Shown here: positions 50,747 through 60,667 of the stretch, in pieces
Numbering within the stretch: the first letter of the stretch is position 1
Layout of the letters: each line of letters begins with the position of its first letter
NCBI GenBank assembly: GCA_049967475.1
Contig: JBMFSQ010000002.1
Coordinates: forward strand, 96,001 to 160,000
Source of the DNA: Chthonomonadales bacterium
GTDB taxonomy: Bacteria; Armatimonadota; Chthonomonadetes; Chthonomonadales; CAJBBX01
Length of the DNA: 64,000 nucleotides
Reading direction: 5' to 3'
Notes under the pieces: generated by a model
What the model was told of the DNA's origin: nothing
The model's database searches: none
The model's input: only the letters and a program-made list of their open reading frames with translations
Program-made: the position numbers and the translations under genes

Positions 50747-50962
50747 CCCCTCCTCATACCACACCGAGATCAACCATAGCGAACCGGCCAAGCTGCCACC
50801 ACTTGCTGACTGTTTAATATCAACGACTTTTATTCCTGGGTTATTCCGGAGCCAGGCGTTGATCTCTGCCTCAAAACCATGCGCATTCTTTCCCGTAAGG
50901 CCAAATCCAAAAAAGAGGCCGGGTTTCATCGGTTCGTTTTTCCAGAACAGTTTCACCAACAT
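50702..50962 (-). CDS. Small hypothetical protein (probable gene-cassette ORF)
   Basis: Visibly more AT-rich than the flanks; purine-rich RBS; reads into the attC-like site. Confidence 0.6.
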   Translation of the reverse strand: MLVKLFWKNEPMKPGLFFGFGLTGKNAHGFEAEINAWLRNNPGIKVVDIKQSASGGSLAGSLWLISVWYEEGVELGSAADRGGITA

Positions 50963-51332
50963 CGGTCGCACCCCCTTTCAGTTAGAGCGCTGGGATCCAG
51001 CTCTCGTTCCATTCGCTTCAATCTACCACCTTTAGCCCGCCGGTGAGTGGCCGGCATGAAACACCCGTGGGTATCCGTTCTAAGGGGGATGGTCTACGGG
51101 CAGGTCCACAATGCGCTAAAGGCGCGAAGGCGGTTTGGAGCGTTTGACGGGACGGCGGGCGCCGCACTTGCCCTCCCACGCCGGCTCATTCTTCAGGCGT
51201 GAAAGGGGATAGGGGAAAGGGGGTTATCGAATTTCCATGCGGGCTTCCTGCCGGTTTGGGTCACGGGCCTTATCCTCGCGTACGCGTGTCCCGCCCGTGC
51301 GACGCACCAACCGCCCACACACAATGCACCGG

Positions 51333-53831
51333 CTACATGCGGCGCTTCTTCTTGCGCGCTTTGGCCTTCTGGGCTTCCCGTGCTGTTGCGGCTGCCGATT
51401 GATCCGGAGGCACACCGTTTCCGCTCTCAACAGGCGCAGGGCCGCTTTGCGGGCGATCAGGCTGGGATCGGGCGGTCTGGGGTGCCGGACGGGGTTGTGT
51501 AACGGGCGCCGCAGATCGCGGGGTGAAGACGCGCGCGGGCGCACCGGCTCCGGCCATAGCCGGTGTGGCACCTGCGGTGCCGGTGAGCTGCTTCCACAGC
51601 ACCAGCAAGGGGCTCGCGTTGAAGATGGAAGAGTATGTTCCGCTCACCACGCCGATCAAAAGCGCCGCCACAAAAATGCGGATCACCGGCCCTCCCAAGA
51701 TGAGCAGCGCCAAGAGAGTGAGGATCACGGTACCGGACGTATTCACCGACCGCGCGAATGTCTGCTCGATGGAGCGATCAGTCACTTCCGCGAAGGTCTC
51801 CCCACGCAGGCGGTGGCGGAGGTTCTCACGGATGCGGTCGAAAATCACGATGGTGTCGTGGACCGAGAAGCCGATCACCGTGAGCATCGCCGTCACGAAG
51901 AGGCTGTCAATCTCCCAATTCATGAAATAGCCGAAGATGGCGAAGGCGCCCCAAAGAACCAGCACGTCATGGAGCAACGCAATGACGGCACACGTACCGA
52001 ATTTGAGGCCTTCCCAAAAGTTCGGGATAGAGAAGCGGAACGCCAGGTACAAGATGATGAGGCCCGAAGCGATCGCCACCGCATAAACGGCATGGCGGGT
52101 GAGTTCCGCACTGATTGTGCCGCTCACCTGCTGCGTCTCCACCACGGAGCCGCCTAGATCCTTCAGCGCAGTCACCACGCGGTCCTGCTCGGCGGGCTCC
52201 AGGCGCGGATCGCGGCCATGGCTCCGCACCGTCACGTAAGCTTGTTGGTTGCCCGCCGCCATGACCACCCGGGCATCGCGATAGCCTAGAGCCCCAATCG
52301 CCCTCTCGATGGAAGCCACGGTCTGGGGCCGGGTGAAGCTTACCGTAAGTTCTGTGCCCCCAGTAAATTCGATGGACCGTTTGATGCCGCCAAGCCCCCA
52401 GAAGATGAGGCCGGGGATGATAACCGCGCCGGACAGGCCGAACCAGAAGGCCATCCGCCGCGTAACCTGCAGCTTCGGGTGGAAGCCCCGGTTGAGGCCA
52501 TAGAGGGCATCGTTCTGGCCGACGGCCGTGCGCGCCACGAGCAGCAGAAACGTGCGGGAACAGGTAATCGCAGTGAACATGGACACGACCACGCCCAGCG
52601 CCAGCGTCACTGCGAAGCCGCGTACCTGCCCCGTGCCGAACTGATACAAAATCGCGCACGTGATGAGCGTACACACGTTAGAGTCAAAGATCGCGGAAAA
52701 TGCTCTGCGGAAACCTTCCTGGATCGCCGCTTTCATGGACCGGCCGGCCTTGCGCTCTTCCTTGAGGCGCTCGAAAATGAGGATGTTCGCGTCCACCGCC
52801 ATGCCGATGGAGAGGATGAACCCGGCGATGCCGGGGACCGTAAGCGTTACCGGGATCGCCTTGAAGAGGGCAAAGGTGAAGAGGGCATACAGGAGCAGAG
52901 CGATATCGGCAAGAAGGCCGGGGAGCTGGTAGAACACCAGCATGAACAAGAGCACCAGGGAGAGGCCCACGATGCCGGCAATCAGCGTCTGATGCACGGC
53001 TTGTGTGCCGAGGGTGGCTTCCACAGTGGTGAGTTGCAGCCGCTCAAGGGGCACCGGCAAAGCGCCTGCGTTGAGCTGGTTCGCCAGCGTCTTGGCTTGA
53101 TCTGCAGTGAAATTCCCCTCGATGATGCCTTTGCCGGGTATTACGTCGTTGATGCGGGGTGCGGAGATCAGCCGCTTGTCCAGGAAGATGGCCAAGGGTT
53201 TGCCGATGTGGGTCCGCGTGAACTCCTCAAAGATATGCTTGGCTTCATCTCGGAACTCAAACTGGATCACATATCCGCGCGTCTCCAGTTGGGGCGCCGC
53301 GTTGGGCTCCAGCTCTGAACCGTCCAAGATGGGCGGCTGGCTGAAGACCTTGTCGTCCAGTTCTTGCGGGGACACGGGCTTCCCATCTGAGCCCAAGATC
53401 ACCTCGTAGCCCGTGGGCTGCCCGTTCTTCATCTCGGGCTCATGGCGCCACTCCCCCGTCTCGAATTGAGGCACGTATCGGAATTCCAGCTTGGCCGTAG
53501 ACTGGATGACGTTGAGGGCTTCCTCGGGGTTCTTCAAGCCCGGCAGCTCTACCACCACACGGTCATCCCCCTGGGGGTAGACCACGGGCTCCGCTACGCC
53601 GAGTGCATCCACACGCCTCCGCATGATGTTGGCCACCGTCTCGAGCTTATCATGCGTCCAGACACCCTTCTTGCGCACGAATTCCGGATCGTTGGTCTTG
53701 GCGCGGAGCACTACACGCATGCCGCCCTGAATGTCCAGGCCTTTGCGCGTGGGCTTAGTGGCCACGACCCAGGCAGCCAGCGCCACAAGGCAGAGAATGA
53801 AGACGAAGAGGCGGGTTTCCGTATTCTTCAA
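51333..53831 (-). CDS. secDF: Fused protein translocase subunit SecDF
   Basis: GLDIQGG, AGALP and GMAVDANILIFER (SecD); IEFTGG and GFSVHDTIVIFDRIRE (SecF); TTG start after AAGGA. Confidence 0.95.
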   Translation of the reverse strand: MKNTETRLFVFILCLVALAAWVVATKPTRKGLDIQGGMRVVLRAKTNDPEFVRKKGVWTHDKLETVANIMRRRVDALGVAEPVVYPQGDDRVVVELPGLKNPEEALNVIQSTAKLEFRYVPQFETGEWRHEPEMKNGQPTGYEVILGSDGKPVSPQELDDKVFSQPPILDGSELEPNAAPQLETRGYVIQFEFRDEAKHIFEEFTRTHIGKPLAIFLDKRLISAPRINDVIPGKGIIEGNFTADQAKTLANQLNAGALPVPLERLQLTTVEATLGTQAVHQTLIAGIVGLSLVLLFMLVFYQLPGLLADIALLLYALFTFALFKAIPVTLTVPGIAGFILSIGMAVDANILIFERLKEERKAGRSMKAAIQEGFRRAFSAIFDSNVCTLITCAILYQFGTGQVRGFAVTLALGVVVSMFTAITCSRTFLLLVARTAVGQNDALYGLNRGFHPKLQVTRRMAFWFGLSGAVIIPGLIFWGLGGIKRSIEFTGGTELTVSFTRPQTVASIERAIGALGYRDARVVMAAGNQQAYVTVRSHGRDPRLEPAEQDRVVTALKDLGGSVVETQQVSGTISAELTRHAVYAVAIASGLIILYLAFRFSIPNFWEGLKFGTCAVIALLHDVLVLWGAFAIFGYFMNWEIDSLFVTAMLTVIGFSVHDTIVIFDRIRENLRHRLRGETFAEVTDRSIEQTFARSVNTSGTVILTLLALLILGGPVIRIFVAALLIGVVSGTYSSIFNASPLLVLWKQLTGTAGATPAMAGAGAPARVFTPRSAAPVTQPRPAPQTARSQPDRPQSGPAPVESGNGVPPDQSAAATAREAQKAKARKKKRRM

Positions 53832-53904
53832 AGCCAGCGTGTCCTTCCGTAGGGAGGTGGGAGCCTTCAGAATGGAGCCCGAAGAGGCGGGCAAAGAGCA
53901 TTCT

Positions 53905-53934
53905 ATTATAGCCAATGGTCCCCGCCCCTGTAAA
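53905..53934 (-). promoter_or_regulatory. Sigma70-type promoter for secDF
   Basis: The minus strand reads TTTACA-N18-TATAAT. Confidence 0.65.
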
Positions 53935-54028
53935 GCCGCATAGAGCCCGAGGAGGCGGCATCGAGCCGGCACAGTATCAAGTATAATAATTACGATGCAG
54001 GCGGATCGGGATCGCCTGGAGGAAGCCT

Positions 54029-55600
54029 TTGATCGCAAGTTGCGCACGCCGGCCCGCATTCCTGGCATTCGCAGCCTTGCTTGGCACGCCAGGCATGGGC
54101 TGTGCGATGGGAATGCCGATCCCCCAAGAAAGCTGGATCGGCATTTTCTTTAACGGCAACAAAATCGGTTATTCAAGTTCGCGGATTGCCGCTGCGAGGT
54201 ATCACGGCAAGCCGGCGTACCGCGTGCACGCCCATTCCGTAACGCAGATGGAAATGTTCGGCAACCGCGTGTCTCAAGATATCGTCCTTATTGGATATAC
54301 GGACCGGCATTTCGCGCCCCTTTACCAGCAATACCGCATTACCTCCAACGGCAGTACCCTGGTAATCGAAGCGGAGTATGGGCGTCGCTCCGTATCATGC
54401 ACCCTCCACTCAGGAAGCGGTGTGACGCGGAAGGTGCTGCCCATCCCGCCCGGGGCCAAACTCTTGAGTGACTCGCCGGACAGCGCCGCCTCGGGCCTGG
54501 GCGCGCCGGGCCGCAAGCAAATATTCTATTATCTCAACCCGCTCACCCTCGCCCTGGACCGTACCGTGGTGCAAGTGCTGGAAAACAAACGCGTGCTTTT
54601 GAACGGCCAAAACACCGGAGTGGTGCGCTACACCGCTACACTGCCCTTTGGAACCATGACGAGCTGGGTTACCCGAAGCGGCGAACTCCTTGCGGCGGAA
54701 CTGCCCATGGGCCTCACAATGTACCGCCTAAGCCGGGCTGCTGCTCTGGATCCCGCCACGCCCCAGCCCTATATCGCGCTTCCGGGCATGCCCAAGCAGG
54801 TTTCGGCGAAGTACACGCCCCCGAAGGACTTCGCCGTCGCAACAGCAGTATCCCCATCCACTCCCATCGAGGATCCGCGCGCCCTCCGCAGCATTACCCT
54901 GACAATCCATGGGATCGAGGACCCCAAGCTGGTGCTGAACGACGATCGGCAGCACGCGATACCAATCGGTAGGGGCACATACTCGGTTCAGGTGAATGCG
55001 CGCGAATTTCCTCCCGAACAGAGCGTGCGATTGCCGGTAACTAATCCCAAGCTGCGGGTCTATTTACTGAAGGCCCCCTATTTGGAAGTGGATAACCAGG
55101 CCATCATCCGGACGGCAAAGGAGGTGAAGAGCTACCACACCAACGCCTATGCAGTAGCGCAAGCCGTGCGCAGATGGGTGCACAACCGGATGCACCCCGA
55201 TTACACCATCGGTGTACCCCGCTCGTGTACGGATATTATCAAGCGCCCCCGCGGGGTGTGCAGGGACTACGCCACTCTTTTTGCAGCGGTTGCTCGGGCG
55301 GCAGGCATCCCCACCCGTATCGTGGCTGGTGTGGTCTACGCCGAGGGCAAGTTCTACTACCACGCCTGGGACGAGGTGTGGGTGGGGCAGTGGCTTCCAA
55401 TGGATGCCACTCTACCCACGGACTTTGTAGATGCCACACACATCAAGTTCACGGAAGGCGGCGTGCCGGAGATGTTTCGCATTGCCGGCATCATCGGCCG
55501 CCTCCGCATTGAAGTAGTGTCGGCCCAGCAGGGGCCGATGCAGCAAGGAGGCGCGGGACTTGTGCCCGCTTTACAGAAAGGAGGTGAGGTCTCCAAATGA
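54029..55600 (+). CDS. Exported transglutaminase-like cysteine protease domain protein
   Basis: GVCRDYA, YHAWDEV and W.PMDAT give a Cys-His-Asp triad; signal peptide. Start uncertain. Confidence 0.85.
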   Translation: MIASCARRPAFLAFAALLGTPGMGCAMGMPIPQESWIGIFFNGNKIGYSSSRIAAARYHGKPAYRVHAHSVTQMEMFGNRVSQDIVLIGYTDRHFAPLYQQYRITSNGSTLVIEAEYGRRSVSCTLHSGSGVTRKVLPIPPGAKLLSDSPDSAASGLGAPGRKQIFYYLNPLTLALDRTVVQVLENKRVLLNGQNTGVVRYTATLPFGTMTSWVTRSGELLAAELPMGLTMYRLSRAAALDPATPQPYIALPGMPKQVSAKYTPPKDFAVATAVSPSTPIEDPRALRSITLTIHGIEDPKLVLNDDRQHAIPIGRGTYSVQVNAREFPPEQSVRLPVTNPKLRVYLLKAPYLEVDNQAIIRTAKEVKSYHTNAYAVAQAVRRWVHNRMHPDYTIGVPRSCTDIIKRPRGVCRDYATLFAAVARAAGIPTRIVAGVVYAEGKFYYHAWDEVWVGQWLPMDATLPTDFVDATHIKFTEGGVPEMFRIAGIIGRLRIEVVSAQQGPMQQGGAGLVPALQKGGEVSK

Positions 55601-56781
55601 GCATCCGCAGCTTCAAACAACTCTTCAGCGTGGTGTTTGCAATCATTCTAGCCAGCCTTATGTACAGCCTGGCGTACACCCTCCGCACCCTTACCGAAGG
55701 AGCGCCGCCTACCTCGCTCCCCGGCGTGTTCAACGATATGGCGCGCAACCAGCCCTTCTACTTCCAGTCCACGGCCTTCGCCTTTGCCGTGCTGGGACTG
55801 CTGGTGGGAACGATCGTGGGGCCGGCTATGGCCCAGTCGCTGGTGAATGCAGGCAATGCCATCGAAAAGATGTCTTCCCGCGACAAGATCGCCGTAGCAT
55901 TGGGAACCATCATCGGCACCGTGCTTACCCTGCCGTTCTTCCTTCTGCTCCTTCGGTGGCCGGTCCTGGGGATGCCTGTGGCGGCGCTGCTCTTTTTGGC
56001 CTTTGTTTACCTGGGCATTCGGGCCATGATGAGCATGAAGGATGAATTCCGCTTCATCGGCCCTGCCGCATCCATCGAGCCCGAGATGCCCGAAAACTCC
56101 ATGGAGCGCTGCAAAATCCTGGACACCAACGTGATTATAGACGGGCGCATCGCAGACGTGTGCCGGACGGGCTTCATTGAGGGACCCATTTACGTGCCCG
56201 GTTTCGTGCTGGATGAACTTCAGCACATTGCCGATTCCGCAGACTCCCTCAAGCGTGCCCGCGGCCGCCGCGGCCTGGATATCCTCAACCAGATGCAGAA
56301 AGAGCTTCCCCTGGTGGTGCGCACCTACGATTACAAACTCAATGAGGAACGCATCCCAGAAGAAGTGGATGCGCGCCTGGTCCGGCTGGCTAAGATCCTG
56401 GGCGGAAGCATCGTAACCAACGACTTCAACCTGAACAAGGTTGCAGCCCTGCAGGGAGTACCCGTCCTCAACGTGAATGAACTGGCCAATGCCCTCAAGC
56501 CCGTTGTGCTGCCAGGCGAAGAGATGCCGGTAACCATCATCCGCGAAGGGAAAGAACAGAACCAGGGCGTAGCTTACCTAGATGATGGTACCATGATTGT
56601 AGTGGAAGACGGCCGTCGCCGCATTGGGGACAGCCTGGACGTGGTCGTTACAAGCGTGTTGCAGACCGTAGCCGGTAAAATGATCTTCGCCCGTATCAAG
56701 GACGAAAACGGTGATGCCGATGAACCCCGGGAGAGTGGCCGCAGTCGTACCGGCGGCGGGCCTCGGTACAAGATTCGGTAG
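55597..56781 (+). CDS. Membrane PIN/TRAM-domain protein (YacL-like)
   Basis: ILDTNVIIDGRI, RGRRGLDIL, TNDFNLNKVA and QGVAYLDDGTMIVVE motifs; precedes ispD as in Firmicutes. Confidence 0.92.
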   Translation: MSIRSFKQLFSVVFAIILASLMYSLAYTLRTLTEGAPPTSLPGVFNDMARNQPFYFQSTAFAFAVLGLLVGTIVGPAMAQSLVNAGNAIEKMSSRDKIAVALGTIIGTVLTLPFFLLLLRWPVLGMPVAALLFLAFVYLGIRAMMSMKDEFRFIGPAASIEPEMPENSMERCKILDTNVIIDGRIADVCRTGFIEGPIYVPGFVLDELQHIADSADSLKRARGRRGLDILNQMQKELPLVVRTYDYKLNEERIPEEVDARLVRLAKILGGSIVTNDFNLNKVAALQGVPVLNVNELANALKPVVLPGEEMPVTIIREGKEQNQGVAYLDDGTMIVVEDGRRRIGDSLDVVVTSVLQTVAGKMIFARIKDENGDADEPRESGRSRTGGGPRYKIR

Positions 56782-57946
56782 CGCCGAGAACAAGATCTGG
56801 GCACCCATCGCCGGGAGACCCGTCATCGCATGGGCGCTTCACGCGCTCTGTAACGATCCCTCGGTGGGTCATGTGGTACTGGTAGGCAACCCGCGGGATC
56901 TGGACCGCCTGCGCCGAGAGTTCTCTCGCCTTCCGAAGATGGATGCAATCGTGGAAGGGGGAGACACGCGCGCGGCCTCCGTACGGAACGGACTGGCCGC
57001 CCTTCCTGCCGGCTGCGAGATTGTGCTCGTGCACGACGCCGCCCGGCCGGCCGCGTCCCCGGCGCTCATCAGGCGGGTTCTGGAGACGACAGCCGAACGA
57101 GGGGCCGCCGTTCCGGGCATCCCGGTGAGCGACACGCTCAAACGCACCCGCCATGACGGCGTCATAATGGAGACGGTGTCCCGCAGTGGCCTCTGGGCCG
57201 TTCAAACGCCCCAGGGGGCGCGCCTCGCGTGGCTCACCAGAGCCTTTGCTATGCTCGGTGCGGCTGCCGATGAGTACACCGATGAAGCCGGCGTGCTGGA
57301 GGCCGCGGGGTATGCGGTTCACATAGTACAGGGCGATGCCGATAACATCAAGATCACGGAACCCGCAGATATCGAGCGTGCAGCCCGCGTCCTCGCAGGT
57401 GAACGCGGCAAGGAGGCAGCCATGCACCGGATAGGGTTCGGCTACGACGTGCACCCCTTCGCGCCCGAGCGAAAACTCTGGTTGGGTGGAGCGGCCATAC
57501 CCTACGAGCTGGGTCTTGCGGGCCATTCCGATGCAGACGTCGTTCTCCACGCCGTGTGCGATGCCATATTGGGCGCGGCCGGGCTCGGGGATATCGGCCT
57601 CCTCTTCCCGGACACCGACGAGGCGAACCGCAACCGGCCGAGTTCCGAATTCATCCTGGAGGCCAAAACCCGCCTCGATGCCCTGGGATGGCAGGTGCAG
57701 AACGTGGACGTTACGCTTCTGGCCGAGGCGCCCCGCATCGCAGCGTACCGCCCCCAGATGGCGGAGCACATTGCCGCCCTCCTGGGCATCGCATCCGAAC
57801 GGGTGAACATTAAGGCCACCACATCCGAGGGGATGGGCTTCATCGGACGCAAGGAGGGCATCGCCTGCTATGCCGTAGCCCTAATCGCCCACACCCGTCC
57901 GGCCACCACTTCCCTGGGGCCGCCACCTGCAGCATCCAGTCCATAA
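56720..57946 (+). CDS. ispDF: Bifunctional IspD/IspF (MEP pathway)
   Basis: AAGLGTR, VHDAARP and QTPQ (IspD); RIGFGYDVH, HSDADV and NIKATT.EG (IspF) in one frame. Confidence 0.93.
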   Translation: MNPGRVAAVVPAAGLGTRFGSAENKIWAPIAGRPVIAWALHALCNDPSVGHVVLVGNPRDLDRLRREFSRLPKMDAIVEGGDTRAASVRNGLAALPAGCEIVLVHDAARPAASPALIRRVLETTAERGAAVPGIPVSDTLKRTRHDGVIMETVSRSGLWAVQTPQGARLAWLTRAFAMLGAAADEYTDEAGVLEAAGYAVHIVQGDADNIKITEPADIERAARVLAGERGKEAAMHRIGFGYDVHPFAPERKLWLGGAAIPYELGLAGHSDADVVLHAVCDAILGAAGLGDIGLLFPDTDEANRNRPSSEFILEAKTRLDALGWQVQNVDVTLLAEAPRIAAYRPQMAEHIAALLGIASERVNIKATTSEGMGFIGRKEGIACYAVALIAHTRPATTSLGPPPAASSP

Positions 57947-57972
57947 CCATCCACAGCGCAAGGAGACTTTCC

Positions 57973-58536
57973 ATGCAGATAACCGTCAAGAGCAAGGCAG
58001 GCGCCTTGCCCGACACCCTGCGTCGCCACGCCGAGAAGAAGCTGGCGAAGTTGCAACGGTACTTCCGATCCATCGAGAATGTAGAACTGGAACAGAGCGT
58101 AGAGCGCGGCCAACATGTGGTAGAGCTGTTGGTGGCAGGAGATGGGATCCTCTTGCGCAGCCAGGATCGGTGCGGCGATCCGCTCGCTGCCATAGACAAT
58201 GTTGTGGAAAAGATGGAAACGCAAGTGAAGCGGTTTAAGACGCGGGTGCGGCGGAGCCATCAGCGCCCCGGCGCGGTGAAGGAATTGGCGGCTGAACTTG
58301 CATCCGGTCTCCCCGCAATCGGAGGAGACGGGGAAGAGCAGGAGGAATTCGTGATGCCGCGCATCGTGCGCCGCAAGCGGTTTCCCATGAAGCCCATGCC
58401 CGCAGAAGAGGCCGCGCGTCAGATGGAACTGCTGGACCATGACTTCTTCGTCTTCATCAACGATGTGTCCGGCCAGGTGAATGTGCTGTACCGGCGCAAG
58501 GATGGCGGGTACGGCCTTATCGAGCCGGAAGCCTAG
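57973..58536 (+). CDS. hpf: Long-form ribosome hibernation promoting factor
   Basis: S30AE N-terminal domain plus KPM..EEA..QMELLDHDFFVF...NVLYRRKDG.YGLIEP. Confidence 0.92.
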   Translation: MQITVKSKAGALPDTLRRHAEKKLAKLQRYFRSIENVELEQSVERGQHVVELLVAGDGILLRSQDRCGDPLAAIDNVVEKMETQVKRFKTRVRRSHQRPGAVKELAAELASGLPAIGGDGEEQEEFVMPRIVRRKRFPMKPMPAEEAARQMELLDHDFFVFINDVSGQVNVLYRRKDGGYGLIEPEA

Positions 58537-58611
58537 GCAACGCAAGCCCATGCAGGCAAGCCACACCGGAATGCCTGCAAAAACAACGGATCACTTGGAG
58601 GAATACCCATA

Positions 58612-59646
58612 ATGCGAGTTGGCATCCTGACCGGGGGAGGAGACTGCCCTGGTCTGAACCCTGCCATACGGGGCTTCGTGATGCGGGCCCTGGATCATAA
58701 CTTTGAATGCATCGGCTTCCTCAACGGTTGGAAGGGATTGGTGGAAGGGACCCACCGCCCTCTCGGATTGGGGGACGTGGAGGACATCATTTCACAGGGC
58801 GGAACCATGCTGGGATCCTCCCGCACCAACCCCTTCAAGCCGGGCCGCGAGGCTGATCTCCAGAAGACACTGGACAATATAAAGGCGTCCCAATTGGACA
58901 CCGTAGTCGCTCTCGGAGGTGAGGACACGCTAGGGGTGGCTCACAAGCTCTACAAACTGGGCATCCCCACCGTAGGTGTTCCCAAGACCATGGACAATGA
59001 CCTGGACGCCACGGACTTCACCTTCGGCTTCGATAGCGCTGTGTCCGTCGCCACCGACGCGATTGACCGCCTACGGGACACAGCCCGCAGCCACAGCCGC
59101 GTGATTGTTGTTGAGGTCATGGGCCGCCATGCCGGATGGGTAGCCCTGTATGCGGGCATCGCGGGCGGCGCCGACTGGATCCTTCTTCCCGAGGTTCCGC
59201 TGAACCTCGACGAGATGTGCAGCCACCTGATGGCCATTCGCAATCGCGGCAAGAACTACGGCATCGTGGTGGCATCGGAAGGCGTAGAGCTTCCCGAAGA
59301 AGAGGAGGGTGAGGCCCGCGTGGACGCCTTTGGGCACAAGATCCTGGCTGAACGCGGCGTGGCAGATTATATCGCTAAGGAGGTGGAGACACGCACCGGC
59401 ATCGAGACGCGGGCAGCAGTGCTGGGCCATGTAGTGCGTGGAGGCGCTCCCTCGGTGTTCGACCGAGTGCTGGCTTCGCGCCTGGGCATCAAGGCAGCGG
59501 ACATGGTCAAGGCGGGTGAGTTCGGGAGGATGGCCTCCATCCAGGGCAACAAGATCGTGTCGGTGCCCCTCGAAGCAGCCGTGTCCAAGCTCAAGACGGT
59601 TCCTCTGGAGCTGTACGAGGAAGCCAAGGTCCTTTTCACCAAATGA
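58612..59646 (+). CDS. PfkA-family 6-phosphofructokinase, probably PPi-dependent
   Basis: GGGDCPGLN, GGEDT, PKTMDND and MGRHAGW motifs. Confidence 0.85.
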   Translation: MRVGILTGGGDCPGLNPAIRGFVMRALDHNFECIGFLNGWKGLVEGTHRPLGLGDVEDIISQGGTMLGSSRTNPFKPGREADLQKTLDNIKASQLDTVVALGGEDTLGVAHKLYKLGIPTVGVPKTMDNDLDATDFTFGFDSAVSVATDAIDRLRDTARSHSRVIVVEVMGRHAGWVALYAGIAGGADWILLPEVPLNLDEMCSHLMAIRNRGKNYGIVVASEGVELPEEEEGEARVDAFGHKILAERGVADYIAKEVETRTGIETRAAVLGHVVRGGAPSVFDRVLASRLGIKAADMVKAGEFGRMASIQGNKIVSVPLEAAVSKLKTVPLELYEEAKVLFTK

Positions 59647-59686
59647 ATAGGGCAAGGGCATGCTGTCTCCCTGCAGCGGGTGTCCC

Positions 59687-60667
59687 ATGGGTGTCGTGAC
59701 CCTCGGTGAGGCGCTGATAGATTTCGTCGCCCTAGAAGCCGGGGTTGGCGTGGGGGAGGCCACCGGGTTCCTCAAGGCGCCCGGCGGCGCCCCCGCCAAT
59801 GTCGCCGCGGGCGTCGCCCGCTTGGGCAGGCCGGCCGCCTTCCTCGGAAAGGTGGGGGACGATCCCTTCGGCCGCTTTCTGCGGGACACGCTGGCAAACG
59901 CCGGCGTAGACGTGGGCGGATTGCGCCTAGACACCAACGCCCGCACGGGCCTCGCGTTCGTGTCGCTCACCGCATCAGGAGAAAGGGACTTCTGCTTCTT
60001 TCGTAACCCCAGCGCGGATATGCTCTACCGGCCCGACGAAGTGGACGAAGCACGCATCCGCAGAGGACGCATCTTGCATTTCGGAAGCATCACCCTCATC
60101 CAAGAACCTTCACGTGCGGCAACCCTCCACGCCGTGGATGTGGCGCGCCAGGCCGGATTGCTGGTAACCTTTGATCCAAACCTGCGGCCGCCACTCTGGC
60201 CGTCGCTGGAAGAAGCCCGGCGCGTCATCCTCGATGCCCTGCCCTCGGCTCACGTGATCAAGGTGAGCGAGGAGGAGTTGCACTTCCTTACCGGGAACCC
60301 TGATCCAAGCAGTTCCATGGACGATTTGTTGGCTGCCCTACCCGGCGTTGGGATGATCGTCACTACGCTTGGGGCCCGGGGAGCTATGTGGAAAACCCGA
60401 AGATCAGGCGGCGAAGCCGGTGCCCCGGCGGTGACGCCTATAGACACCACAGGAGCAGGCGACGGTTTCGTTGCGGGCCTCCTCGTGAACATGCTCGATG
60501 CACGTGTGACCCCGCAACATCTGCAAGATCTGGATGCGGCGCGGATTGGGCCGATGATGCGCTTTGCCTGCGCCGTGGGTGCTCTCACAACCACCAAAAA
60601 GGGAGCTATTCCAGCCCTCCCCACTATGGAACAAGTAGAGAAGGTGCTGGAGATGGGAGGCTGCTAA
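59687..60667 (+). CDS. PfkB-family carbohydrate kinase (fructokinase-like)
   Basis: GEALIDF, PGGAPANVA, FDPNLR and DTTGAGDGF motifs. Confidence 0.92.
   Translation: MGVVTLGEALIDFVALEAGVGVGEATGFLKAPGGAPANVAAGVARLGRPAAFLGKVGDDPFGRFLRDTLANAGVDVGGLRLDTNARTGLAFVSLTASGERDFCFFRNPSADMLYRPDEVDEARIRRGRILHFGSITLIQEPSRAATLHAVDVARQAGLLVTFDPNLRPPLWPSLEEARRVILDALPSAHVIKVSEEELHFLTGNPDPSSSMDDLLAALPGVGMIVTTLGARGAMWKTRRSGGEAGAPAVTPIDTTGAGDGFVAGLLVNMLDARVTPQHLQDLDAARIGPMMRFACAVGALTTTKKGAIPALPTMEQVEKVLEMGGC

Noticed and set aside
51036..51110. Hammerhead ribozyme-like arrangement (..TGAG..GAAAC..GTC)
   Set aside because: The core would read CCGGTGA rather than CTGANGA, and stems I and III pair poorly next to the core.
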